From a bacterium (GTDB lineage Bacteria; SAR324; XYD2-FULL-50-16; G965216635), in NCBI GenBank assembly GCA_965216635.1, contig OZ244188.1, positions 512,001 to 576,000 on the forward strand: a stretch of 64,000 bases of DNA, in the 5' to 3' direction. The notes beneath the pieces were generated by a model. It was not told where the DNA came from and ran no database searches. It worked only from the letters and a program-made list of their open reading frames with translations. Shown here piece after piece: positions 21,533 to 31,280 of the stretch (positions within the stretch are counted from its first letter, which is position 1; every line of letters starts with the position of its first letter). The position numbers and the translations under genes were made by a program.

Positions 21533-22963
21533 ATGAGCGTTATAGATTTAAAATTCTTAAAAGAAGCAGGAATGCACTATGGACATCTATCTCACAAAAG
21601 ACATCCTAAAGCCGAATCCTATATTCTAGGAAAACAAGGCAATATTCACATTATTAACCTTAAAAAAACCTTACAAAAACTTGAAGACTCTTACAAGTTT
21701 GTCTATAACCTTGCTAAAGATGGGAAAAAAATTCTTTATGTTTGCACAAAACCATATGCTAGAAAAATTATAGAAAGAGAAGCCAAAAGAAGTAGGAATC
21801 ATTATGTAAATTTTCGCTGGTTGGGAGGCACTTTGACAAATTCTGTCACTATAAAGCGATCTGTAAAAAAATTAGAAGAAATTGATAGATTAGCAAAAGA
21901 TGGTTATGCAAATATGCTCAAAAAAGAAATATCTAAGAAGGAAAAAGAGAGAAAAAAACTGGACGCCTTACTTGGTGGAATTAGATATATGTTTCGCGAC
22001 CCCGCAGCTGTATTTATTATAGATATTCATAGAGAAAAAATTGCCCTCAACGAAGTAAAGAAAAAAAAAATACCTATTATTGCTTTAGTAGATACAAATG
22101 TCAATCCAGAATTAGTGGAATTTCCTGTCCCAGGCAACGATGATTCTCCCAAAACAATAGATTTGTTTTGTCAAGTTATTAGTGCTGCAGCAATTGAAGG
22201 GAAGGCTGTTTTTGAAAAATTTAGAGAAGAACAAAAGCAAGAATCTGCTAAAATTGCTGCTAGAATTAGCGCAAAAAAGATGGAGGTTAGAAGCAATGCT
22301 AGAGTTGATGTGAAAAAAGTGGATGTTAGAACTGCTGCTAGAATTAGCGCAAAAAAGATGGATGTTAGAAGTGATGCTAGAGTTGATGTAAAAAAAGTGG
22401 ATGTTAAGAGTGATACTAGAGTTGATGTGAAAAAAGTGGATGCTAGAAGCAATGCTAAAGTTGATGAAAAAAAAGTGGATGTTAGAAGCAATGCTAAAGT
22501 TGATGAAAAAAAAGTGGATGTTAGAAGTGATGCTAAAGTTGATGAAAAAAAAGTGGATGTTAGAAGCAATGCTAAAGTTGATGAAAAAAAAGTAGATGCT
22601 AGAAGCAATGCTAGAGTTGATGAAAAAAAAGTGGATGCTAGAAGCAATGCTAAAGTTGATGAAAAAAAAGTGGATGTTAGAAGTGATGCTAGAGTTGATG
22701 AAAAAAAGGTGGATGCTAGAAGCAATGCTAAAGTTGATGAAAAAAAAGTGGATGCTAGAAGCAATGCTAGAGTTGATGAAAAAAAAGTGGATGTTAGAAG
22801 TGATGCTAGAGTTGATGAAAAAAAAGTGGATGTTAGAAGTGATGCTAGAGTTGATGAAAAAAAAGTGGATGTTAAAAGTGATAAAACGACAACTAAAATT
22901 GATGTGAAAAAGGTGTCTATAAAAATTGATAAAAAAGAAACAACCTCAAAAACAGCAAATTAA
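21533..22963 (+). CDS. rpsB: 30S ribosomal protein S2 with a long repetitive C-terminal tail
   Basis: EAGMHYGH, RWLGGTLTN, VDTN, PGNDD; upstream of tsf. Confidence 0.95.
   Translation: MSVIDLKFLKEAGMHYGHLSHKRHPKAESYILGKQGNIHIINLKKTLQKLEDSYKFVYNLAKDGKKILYVCTKPYARKIIEREAKRSRNHYVNFRWLGGTLTNSVTIKRSVKKLEEIDRLAKDGYANMLKKEISKKEKERKKLDALLGGIRYMFRDPAAVFIIDIHREKIALNEVKKKKIPIIALVDTNVNPELVEFPVPGNDDSPKTIDLFCQVISAAAIEGKAVFEKFREEQKQESAKIAARISAKKMEVRSNARVDVKKVDVRTAARISAKKMDVRSDARVDVKKVDVKSDTRVDVKKVDARSNAKVDEKKVDVRSNAKVDEKKVDVRSDAKVDEKKVDVRSNAKVDEKKVDARSNARVDEKKVDARSNAKVDEKKVDVRSDARVDEKKVDARSNAKVDEKKVDARSNARVDEKKVDVRSDARVDEKKVDVRSDARVDEKKVDVKSDKTTTKIDVKKVSIKIDKKETTSKTAN
22265..22885 (+). repeat. 39-bp in-frame tandem repeat x ~16 (VDEKKVD[VA]RS[ND]A[KR])
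   Basis: Read directly in DNA and protein. Confidence 0.95.
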
Positions 22964-22968
22964 TAATT

Positions 22969-23808
22969 ATGATAAATTCCAGTTTAGTAAAAGAACTACG
23001 CCATATGACTTCTGCTCCATTGATGGAGTGTAAAAAAGCATTAGAAGAAACGGGTGGCAATTTAGAAGAAGCCAAGAACTTTTTAAGAAAAAAAGGAAAG
23101 ATTTTAGCGAGCAAAAAATCTTCTCGTGAAGCCAACGAAGGAGTTATTGCTATTCATTTTGATGAATCTAAAAAAAAAGCGGGAATAGTGAAGTTGTCCT
23201 GTGAAACAGATTTTGTAGCCCGCAACGATCAATTCCAAGGAGCTACAGAAAAACTAGCAATACTTGCTAGTGAAGGAGTAGATTCTTTTGAAGAAAAACA
23301 GCTAGCTGGAACAAGTGTAAAAGATTATATTACCGAATTAATTACAGAAATAAGAGAAAATATAATTTTGAGTGAAGTTATTCACTGGCACTGGTCTGAA
23401 TCCGCAGTAGTTAATTTTTATGTTCACCACAATAAAAAAATTGGAGTTCTAATAGAACTGAATGTGGAAAAATCAGATGCTGATGGTTTAATGGAAGTAG
23501 CCAAAGATATTTGTCTACACATAGCTGCTAATAAAGTGGAGTTTATTTCGGGAGAAGAAGTATCTACAGAAATTTTAGAAAAAGAAAAGGTTTTTTTAAT
23601 GGAACAAGCAAAAGAATCTGGAAAACCTCCAGAAATTGCGGAAAAGATGATTGCTGGGAGGTTGCAAAAATTCAAAAAAGAAATTTGTTTATTAGAGCAA
23701 CCTTTCTTAAAAAATCCAGATATATCTGTTGCTAAACTACTAGAAGAAAAAACAAACCAATTAGGACAAAAAATAGCTGTGAAAAGATTTTGTAAACTAA
23801 CTTTCTAA
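22969..23808 (+). CDS. tsf: Elongation factor Ts
   Basis: VKELR..T.A.LMECKKAL, CETDFVA. Confidence 0.96.
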   Translation: MINSSLVKELRHMTSAPLMECKKALEETGGNLEEAKNFLRKKGKILASKKSSREANEGVIAIHFDESKKKAGIVKLSCETDFVARNDQFQGATEKLAILASEGVDSFEEKQLAGTSVKDYITELITEIRENIILSEVIHWHWSESAVVNFYVHHNKKIGVLIELNVEKSDADGLMEVAKDICLHIAANKVEFISGEEVSTEILEKEKVFLMEQAKESGKPPEIAEKMIAGRLQKFKKEICLLEQPFLKNPDISVAKLLEEKTNQLGQKIAVKRFCKLTF

Positions 23809-24560
23809 TGGCTCGTATAGTTTTAAAAATTAGTGGAGAATATTTAGGAGGAAAAAAAGGCTTTGGTTTTGACGAACAAATAATAGATACTCTCACAGAT
23901 CAAATTTTAAAAGTTCATAATAAAAATATTGAAATAGTTATTATTATAGGCGGAGGAAATTTTTTTAGAGGCAAGCAAAAACGGATCCTCATTGATAGAG
24001 TAACAGCTGATAATATTGGAATGATGGCAACCGTTATGAATGGTCTTTTTTTGCAATCTACACTAGAAAAAAAAGGGAAAAAAACCCGCCTATTGTCTTC
24101 TATTGAAACCAAACAAGTAGCCGAACCTTATGTTCAAAGAAGAGCTATCCGTCATTTAGAAAAAAATAGAATTGTGATTCTTTGTGCAGGTTTAGGGGCA
24201 CCTTATTTTTCTACAGATACGGCTTCTGTTGTTAGAGCCAAGGAACTCAATGCAGATATAGTCATCAAAGGCACTAAAGTAGATGGAGTTTATGACAAAG
24301 ATCCCGTCAAAGATGAGACTGCTAAAAAATTTCATTCCCTTACTTACAGCGAAGTATTAGCTAAAAATCTTGGAATTATGGATTCTACTTCCATCACTTT
24401 TTCTCAAGAAAATCAGATTCCACTTTATGTTTTAAATATTACTAATTCCAATAGTCTTGTAGATTTCTTTGAAGGAAAAGACCTCGGCACCTCTATTAAT
24501 CAAGATCAATCCAAAGAGCAATTTGAAAATTTTCTTAAAAAAATAAATTCAACCAATTAA
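23808..24560 (+). CDS. pyrH: Uridylate kinase
   Basis: LKISGE, GGGNFFRG, GMMATVMN, PYFSTD, DGVYDKDP. Confidence 0.96.
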   Translation: MARIVLKISGEYLGGKKGFGFDEQIIDTLTDQILKVHNKNIEIVIIIGGGNFFRGKQKRILIDRVTADNIGMMATVMNGLFLQSTLEKKGKKTRLLSSIETKQVAEPYVQRRAIRHLEKNRIVILCAGLGAPYFSTDTASVVRAKELNADIVIKGTKVDGVYDKDPVKDETAKKFHSLTYSEVLAKNLGIMDSTSITFSQENQIPLYVLNITNSNSLVDFFEGKDLGTSINQDQSKEQFENFLKKINSTN

Positions 24561-24572
24561 CCAATTAATGAT

Positions 24573-24983
24573 ATGAAACAACAAACCCTATCCATCATCA
24601 AACCTGATGGAGTGAAAAAAAATATTACAGGAGAAATCCTCAAAAGATTTGAAACTCAAGGACTCAAAATCAAGGCTCTTAAAATGATGCAATTAAGCAA
24701 AGAAGAAGCAGAAGGCTTTTATTCAATTCATAAAGATAGACCTTTTTTTGACGAACTAACTACTTTTATGTCTAGTGGACCTATAGTAATTAGTGTTTTG
24801 GAAGGAGAAGACGCCATTGCCCAAAACAGAGAAATTATGGGAGCTACTAACCCCGCAGATGCAGCCGCTGGAACTATTCGTAAAGATTTCTCCGAAAGCG
24901 TCGGAGAAAATACAGTGCACGGCTCTGATGCACCCGATACCGCTAAAACCGAAATCACTTACTTTTTTCCTGAGCTAGATTAG
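24573..24983 (+). CDS. ndk: Nucleoside diphosphate kinase
   Basis: IIKPDG, GATNP, GTIR, N.VHGSD. Confidence 0.97.
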   Translation: MKQQTLSIIKPDGVKKNITGEILKRFETQGLKIKALKMMQLSKEEAEGFYSIHKDRPFFDELTTFMSSGPIVISVLEGEDAIAQNREIMGATNPADAAAGTIRKDFSESVGENTVHGSDAPDTAKTEITYFFPELD

Positions 24984-25021
24984 TTTTTTTGAAAAACAGT
25001 AAATGTAAATAATTCAGCTTT

Positions 25022-25735
25022 ATGAGTATTCGTAGTATAATTTTTCGTATTATATTTGTTATATTCTCTGCGGTTATTTTTTTAAAAATAGGCTGTTTTG
25101 TGTGGAACTATATACCTAATTGTTTGAACCAATGTTCTAGTAATTTTGTAAAAGTAACTACTTTAATAATAGCCTTAGTATTAGTTTTCAATCTAATTAT
25201 TGCTTGGTTCTTTATTTTATTAAAGACTAAATTGTTCCAACTTCTTAAAAATATATTTAAGAAGGAGAGTCAAAAAACCCATGAATACGATGAAGACTAT
25301 GAGGAATATAGAATAGAATTATTAGAATATAGATCTAAAGTAAGAAAACAGTATGATCAAATAAATAATGAATATAATCGTCTAATAGTTTTTCTTTCTG
25401 GAGGAGCTATTGCTTTGTCAATAACTTTTTTAGCATTTTTTATTGGTAGTCAAGATAAATCGTTGCTTTATATTGATATATTTTTAGAATCTTGGGTGTT
25501 ATTAATTATTAGTCTATTTGCAACTTTACTAGGATTATTTTTTGGTTTGCGTGCTAGAGAAAAGGGAATCAAACAAATTGATACGGCAATTATTTATTAT
25601 GAAGACGAACATCTACGAGAATTTGGAGGCCTTTGGAGTTTAGTAGCCGACATTGTACACATTACTTCACTTTTGACTTGTATTACAGGTATTGCTATGC
25701 TATTGCTATTTACATATTTAAACGTTCCAACTTAA
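25022..25735 (+). CDS. Hypothetical membrane protein
   Basis: About 5 hydrophobic segments; LSGGAIALSITF motif. Confidence 0.65.
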   Translation: MSIRSIIFRIIFVIFSAVIFLKIGCFVWNYIPNCLNQCSSNFVKVTTLIIALVLVFNLIIAWFFILLKTKLFQLLKNIFKKESQKTHEYDEDYEEYRIELLEYRSKVRKQYDQINNEYNRLIVFLSGGAIALSITFLAFFIGSQDKSLLYIDIFLESWVLLIISLFATLLGLFFGLRAREKGIKQIDTAIIYYEDEHLREFGGLWSLVADIVHITSLLTCITGIAMLLLFTYLNVPT

Positions 25736-25929
25736 AAAAATGTCAAAAAAAATATCAGATATTATTATTAAAAATTTTGGGGAAAGTATGAACCCACAAC
25801 CTTTAGTACCTCCTATTAGGAAACATAATTCTCCTGTGCGTTCTGCAAATACACAAAAACCTCGATCTAATAGACAAAGTTCTAATAGAAGACAAGGAAG
25901 ATAGAGTTAAAAAATTCTACTGAGTTCTT

Positions 25930-26820
25930 TTAAAAAAATAGTTTTTCAGGGTAAATGCCTGCATCTATCAACCGTTGTAATTTTCGCACAACATCTTCCC
26001 TATCGGCGAGATAAGTCAAACCAAACCATTCTGTTTCTGTTTTTAAAATATTTACTTCTACCATTTTTTTTTCGCAAAATTCTTGTATTGTCTGAGGTAA
26101 GTAAAACTCTTGGGAATCGTCTAAATTTTCTAATCTTTGATAGTCTCCTAAAAAACTACAAAAACTAGATTCCAAAATCGGGAATATAAAAGGAGTGAAC
26201 CCCCAAAAATTCATAGAAACTATGCTTTTCGGATAAAATATTCTGATATGATTTTTAATTTCTCCCGATGGTTGTTGTTCTATTTGGTGATGTTCTTCTA
26301 TTTTAATAAGTTTTTCTGTTGCAGAAACACTAATCCCCCTAGATACAGTGCCTTGTTTGGACAGTGTTTTGTGGAGTTCAAAGCCTACCATGAAAAATTG
26401 ATTTTGCTTTTTGTTTTTTTTTAAGTTTTGATACATTGTATAAAAACTATCACGACCATAAAAATCATCACAGTTGATAATTGCAAAAGAAGTGTTTATT
26501 TTGTCTTTTAAAGAGTAGACACAGTGGGCAGTTCCCCAAGGTTTTTTTCTTTTTACAGCGAGAGAAATTTCGGCTGGAATATTTTCTAATTTTTGGAGAC
26601 ATAATTTCAAAAGTTGTTTTTTTATCAAAATTTGATATTTTTTAATGAAAGCAGTTTTTTGCTCTTTTCGGATAATTAGAATAATTTCTTTAAAACCGAC
26701 TTTCAAAGCGTCGTAAATAGAAAAATCCATTAGACTGTAGTCTTCAATCAAGCATTCTAGTTGTTTACTTTTTTGGTAGCGAGAAGACAGCCCTGCTGCC
26801 ATAATTACTAAAGGAATCAT
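25930..26820 (-). CDS. Sugar-phosphate nucleotidyltransferase family protein
   Basis: VIMAAGLSSRY, R.KPWGTAH, INCDDFYG, SMNFWGF. Confidence 0.88.
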   Translation of the reverse strand: MIPLVIMAAGLSSRYQKSKQLECLIEDYSLMDFSIYDALKVGFKEIILIIRKEQKTAFIKKYQILIKKQLLKLCLQKLENIPAEISLAVKRKKPWGTAHCVYSLKDKINTSFAIINCDDFYGRDSFYTMYQNLKKNKKQNQFFMVGFELHKTLSKQGTVSRGISVSATEKLIKIEEHHQIEQQPSGEIKNHIRIFYPKSIVSMNFWGFTPFIFPILESSFCSFLGDYQRLENLDDSQEFYLPQTIQEFCEKKMVEVNILKTETEWFGLTYLADREDVVRKLQRLIDAGIYPEKLFF

Positions 26821-26830
26821 TTCAAAATTT

Positions 26831-28795
26831 ATGATAAAAACGATTATTATTTTATTTTTTTACTTTTTAGGAATACTAGCCTATTCTGCAGAAAAATACT
26901 CTAAAAGTTCTCAGAAAAATTTCAATACTTTTTTGGAGTTGTCGCAATCTTCTGATTATATAAAGTTTTTAAAAACAGATACTTCTTCTTTTAGCGGTTT
27001 GCAAAAGGATCTAGCTGTTTTTTATCAAGCGGATGCTTATTTTAAGTTAAAAAACTATAAAAAATCTTATGAGACTTATAAGCAACTTTCTTTCTCCTTA
27101 AGAAAAATTTTTGAGAGCAAAATAGTCTCCTATTTTACACAAACAAATCCTCACTCAAAAATCACAAGCCAAGATTTTGTTTCTACAGCAACTTATTTTC
27201 CTCGTAGTTTGAAAAATGCTACTTTTATCAAACTAGCGTTAGAGACATTCAAAAAAGATTCACCCCAAACAAATTTAACAGGCAGAGAAAAATTCCAAAT
27301 ACATTTTTGGCTACTAGGCGAAATCAAAACTCTAAAAAAAGAAAATTTCACAAACAAAGAATATTTAATTCACTTAGGCAGTCTTTATAAAAAAAAAGAA
27401 TATACCTATCTAGTAAAAGAGTTCCCAAAAATCCAGCAAAGATTTAAAAATCCAAAGAGCAGAATAGATAAAAAAAACAATGCAGATTTTTTGTATCTAT
27501 ACGCCCGCACTTTAAGAAAAAAAAAACAATATGCAAAAGCTCTGCAGATATTAGATAACACTGCTATTTTAGGGCACAGTAAAGCGATTGCTTTAAAATT
27601 TAATCTTTACTTAGCTACAAATCAAAAAACGGAAGCTCATAATTACATCAATTTTCTAAAAGGTAAGGTAGAGCAGAAAGTTATTAACCAACTTAGACTA
27701 GATTTTGGCAATCGTCATTATCTCAATCGGGAATACGAAGATAGCCTGTATCGGTTTGCTAAAGTGCAAAGCAATCATATTAAAAAAGAAGCAAATGAGA
27801 GGATGCTTTGGTATCAGTTTTTTGCAGGTTTGCATAGAAATGATTTTACAGCAAAAAAATATTTGGCACAAAGCAAAAAACAAAAATTCTATTCTTCCAA
27901 ATATGCAGCTAGTATTTGTTTTTGGGAAATCAAAGCAGGATACAGAAAAATTGCCGATAAAAAAAATCCTTGTTTCCCGCAGTATTTTTTAAGCTATTAC
28001 GGTTGGCAAGTATTTCATCTCACACAAATAGATTCTAAAATTTCTGCCTTAGCCAGAGCACTACCTCCCAAAAAACCGACAAAGCAAAAAGATTTTTCTA
28101 AAGATTATTTATTCCAAGTTTTTTCACAACTCTACGAGTTAGAAGAAGCTAAAATAGCAGATAGGATTGTTTTTTATTTTTTTAAGAAAGACATGTCCCA
28201 AGAAAATTTTTTAAGACTAGCAGCTCTTTTTCGCTTACAAGAAAAATATAACAATTTGATAAAACTAGCTAATGTAGGTTTTTCTTTTAACAAATTAAAA
28301 AATGACCCTTTTCTTTATCACTGGTTACAAACACTTTACCCTTTGGGTTACTTTGATCAAATCGTTAAATTGAGTAAAAAAAATAATCTAGACCCTTACC
28401 TTGTGCTAGCTCTTATTAGAGAAGAATCTCATTTTAACCCCGAGATTGTATCCTCTGTGGGGGCTTTAGGATTGATGCAACTTATGCCTGCTACTGCGAA
28501 AGAAATAGCCCGTCGTCAGAAAATTCAGTTCCAGAAAAAAAAGATTACTGATGTTTCTACGAATTTGGATTTTGGCATCACATTTTTAAAATGGACTTTA
28601 GAAATGTTTGATGGCGATGTTATTTTTGCACTAGCCGCATACAACGGAGGTGCGGGCAATGTCAAGAAATGGAAAAAAAGGCAATATAAAGATATGGATT
28701 ATTTTGTAGAATATATACCTTTTTCAGAAACTAGAAATTATGTCAAAAAAGTTTTGAGGAGTTATGAAATATACAAATATTTGTATGCTGAATAA
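26831..28795 (+). CDS. Soluble lytic murein transglycosylase (Slt70-like)
   Basis: IREES, GALGLMQLMP.TA, AAYNGG, IPF.ETRNYV. Confidence 0.92.
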   Translation: MIKTIIILFFYFLGILAYSAEKYSKSSQKNFNTFLELSQSSDYIKFLKTDTSSFSGLQKDLAVFYQADAYFKLKNYKKSYETYKQLSFSLRKIFESKIVSYFTQTNPHSKITSQDFVSTATYFPRSLKNATFIKLALETFKKDSPQTNLTGREKFQIHFWLLGEIKTLKKENFTNKEYLIHLGSLYKKKEYTYLVKEFPKIQQRFKNPKSRIDKKNNADFLYLYARTLRKKKQYAKALQILDNTAILGHSKAIALKFNLYLATNQKTEAHNYINFLKGKVEQKVINQLRLDFGNRHYLNREYEDSLYRFAKVQSNHIKKEANERMLWYQFFAGLHRNDFTAKKYLAQSKKQKFYSSKYAASICFWEIKAGYRKIADKKNPCFPQYFLSYYGWQVFHLTQIDSKISALARALPPKKPTKQKDFSKDYLFQVFSQLYELEEAKIADRIVFYFFKKDMSQENFLRLAALFRLQEKYNNLIKLANVGFSFNKLKNDPFLYHWLQTLYPLGYFDQIVKLSKKNNLDPYLVLALIREESHFNPEIVSSVGALGLMQLMPATAKEIARRQKIQFQKKKITDVSTNLDFGITFLKWTLEMFDGDVIFALAAYNGGAGNVKKWKKRQYKDMDYFVEYIPFSETRNYVKKVLRSYEIYKYLYAE

Positions 28796-29432
28796 AAGGC
28801 TAGTTCTAAAATTTCTTTTCATTGTAAGTCTCTTTTTATTTTTGAATAGCTGCGCTTACAGATTTCAAAATACGGCAGGCAGAGATTTCCAAGAATATCG
28901 GGTGAAAAAAATTGAAGAGTTGCTTTATCTTCAAGGACGGGTTTCGTTAAAAAATGTTGATGCTAATCTGATAGGCTCTGCTGAGTTGTTTGTAAAAAAA
29001 AATATTTTTTTTCTCCATTTAAAAGATTCGTTTTTTCGCTCCATACTACAATTTTCTATGGACAGTAAAAATATCCAACTTGTGCAAAGAAAAAAGGTGA
29101 TGAAATTAAAAAACAATTATCAGAACAAAATCAGACTGTGGGGATTGGATCTAAGCAACGCAGAAATTCAATCTATTTTTTGGGGAAGACAAATACAGAC
29201 AGCCCAGAATTTGGAATTTATTTTTAAAGAAGGCTTGCCTGTTTCTGTAATAAAAAAAAATGCAAAAACAAAACTTCAAGTTCATTATCTAGCTTGGAGA
29301 GAAAATGCTAACATTAGACTGCCCTCAAAAATTCAAATTATTTCCGAAAACCCAGCAGTAGAAATCAAAATTGCTATTAAAAAACATTCAGTTCATCCGA
29401 AAAGTTCACCTATACCAAGCATTTCAAAATAA
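28764..29432 (+). CDS. LolB/DUF4292-like lipoprotein
   Basis: Lipobox LNSC; C-terminal LP.KI.I pattern. Confidence 0.5.
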   Translation: MKYTNICMLNKRLVLKFLFIVSLFLFLNSCAYRFQNTAGRDFQEYRVKKIEELLYLQGRVSLKNVDANLIGSAELFVKKNIFFLHLKDSFFRSILQFSMDSKNIQLVQRKKVMKLKNNYQNKIRLWGLDLSNAEIQSIFWGRQIQTAQNLEFIFKEGLPVSVIKKNAKTKLQVHYLAWRENANIRLPSKIQIISENPAVEIKIAIKKHSVHPKSSPIPSISK

Positions 29433-29434
29433 GA

Positions 29435-30745
29435 CTAGCAGTCTAGGGTAGTTTTTCTCTCCCAACTACTCAAATGCGAGCTATAGTCTTGCCATTCATT
29501 TTTCTTTAACTTTATGTAGGCATCTACTAACTCTTTTCCAAGTATTGCTTTTAGGTCATTGTTTTGATCTAGCAACCGCAAGGCGTCCAGTAGGTTTGTA
29601 GGTAATTTTTTCAAAAAACCAGCCTTAGCAAAATCTTTTTCATCGTACATATTTAAATTCAGTGGCTTGCCAGCATCTCGTTTATTTTCTATACCTTCAA
29701 GTCCAGCAGCAACAATACCAGCTTGTGATAAATAAGGATTAGTAGCTCCGTCCATCAATCGTAATTCCAATCTTCCTTTGTCTGGAATACGAATCAGATG
29801 GGTACGGTTATTACCAGAATAACTAATAGCATTAGGAGACCAAGTAGCACCAGAACGTGTTCTGGGAGCGTTAATTCGTTTATAGCTATTGACAGTGGGA
29901 TTGAATATGGCACACAGAGAATCTGCATAATGCAATATGCCACCAAGGAAATGGTAAGCAATTTTAGAAAGTCCTAATTGTTCTTTTTTATCTTCAAAAA
30001 GATTTTTTGAGCCTCCTTTGTTCCAGAATGAAATGTGCGAGTGACACCCGTTGCCCGTCAAATTAGCAAAAGGTTTAGGCATAAAAGTCGCTCTTAAAGA
30101 ATGCTTTTCTGCAATGGATTTCACCATAAATTTAAAAAAAGTATGGCGGTCTGCAGTTTGTAAAACATCGGCGTAATTCCAGTTCATTTCAAACTGTCCG
30201 TTGGCGTCCTCGTGGTCGTTTTGGTAGGCTCCCCATCCCAATTTTTGCATATAGTCGCAGATTTCACTAATAACAGGGTACTGTCTCATCAAAGCCTGCT
30301 GGTCGTAGCAAGGTTTAGCTTGATAATCCATTGTATCAGCAATAGCAGAGCCGTCTGGATTGATTAAGAAAAATTCGCACTCCACGCCTGTTTTGACACG
30401 AAAGTCTTTTTTCTCAGCTTTTGCAATTTGTTTTTTTAAAGCAACCCTAGGAGATGCTTCTACCTGTTTGTTATCCATCCAAAGATCCGAAGCTAGCCAA
30501 GCCACTTCAGGCTTCCAAGGTAGTTGAATCAAACTATCCGCATCAGGTATAGCGAACATATCAGGGTCAGCGGGAACCATATCCAACCAAGCCGCAAAGC
30601 CAGCAAAGCCAGCACCTTCTTTTTGCATTTTTTTGATGGCATCTGCAGGCACCAATTTAGAACGCAACACACCATAAAGATCTACAAAACTGATTAGAAA
30701 ATATCTAATCTTTTGTTTTTTTGCTAATTTATAAAGGTCTATCAT
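29435..30745 (-). CDS. glnT: GlnT-type glutamine synthetase-like ligase (gamma-glutamylmethylamide synthetase-like)
   Basis: GAGFAGFA, KPCYDQ.ALMR, YQNDHEDANGQFEMNW, SGATWSPN. Confidence 0.85.
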   Translation of the reverse strand: MIDLYKLAKKQKIRYFLISFVDLYGVLRSKLVPADAIKKMQKEGAGFAGFAAWLDMVPADPDMFAIPDADSLIQLPWKPEVAWLASDLWMDNKQVEASPRVALKKQIAKAEKKDFRVKTGVECEFFLINPDGSAIADTMDYQAKPCYDQQALMRQYPVISEICDYMQKLGWGAYQNDHEDANGQFEMNWNYADVLQTADRHTFFKFMVKSIAEKHSLRATFMPKPFANLTGNGCHSHISFWNKGGSKNLFEDKKEQLGLSKIAYHFLGGILHYADSLCAIFNPTVNSYKRINAPRTRSGATWSPNAISYSGNNRTHLIRIPDKGRLELRLMDGATNPYLSQAGIVAAGLEGIENKRDAGKPLNLNMYDEKDFAKAGFLKKLPTNLLDALRLLDQNNDLKAILGKELVDAYIKLKKNEWQDYSSHLSSWERKTTLDC

Positions 30746-30815
30746 AATGAAATTTTTTTATAAAAAAAATCGGAGTGTCCTAGTAATAGGTTATGGTTTA
30801 TCTCCGTCAGTTTCT

Positions 30816-31133
30816 TCAATCCAAATCTTCATATTCTTCACATTTATCGCAATAATGTTTTCTATCAGCACAAGATGGACACAAATAACCTTTATAGGCA
30901 TCACATCCCTCACAATAACACTCATCAATAGTATCGTTTGGTTTTTTACACCAATCACATAGCTTCGCTTTTATAGAATTAGTGTTTTTATTACAAATCT
31001 TACAAGTAAATTGTTTATTACCACAAGTTGGGCAAAAATTGCCTTTATGTCCCAAGCAATCATCACAAGCATAAGATATAACAATATCTTTTAGTTTATC
31101 ACAATTATCACATATATTCAGTTCTTTATCCAT
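30816..31133 (-). CDS. Small Cys-rich protein with eight CxxC motifs
   Basis: Regular CxxC spacing in two internal repeats. Confidence 0.65.
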   Translation of the reverse strand: MDKELNICDNCDKLKDIVISYACDDCLGHKGNFCPTCGNKQFTCKICNKNTNSIKAKLCDWCKKPNDTIDECYCEGCDAYKGYLCPSCADRKHYCDKCEEYEDLD

Positions 31134-31280
31134 AATTTTAATTTAGTTTGTTATTTTATTGTAATAGAAAATTACTTTTTTTTATTTTCCTTTTTTAGGT
31201 TTTGGATTTTTCTTTTCTAAAAAAAGAATTTGTCAAGAAAAATTATAACCTATTACTAGGACATTCCGAAAAAAATCAAG

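Noticed and set aside
22171..22907. Alternative-frame ORFs 22171-22764 (-) and 22596-22907 (+)
   Set aside because: Shadows of the stop-free 39-bp repeat in rpsB
25740..25909. Short basic ORF after the membrane protein
   Set aside because: Under 60 aa, low complexity, no supporting motif
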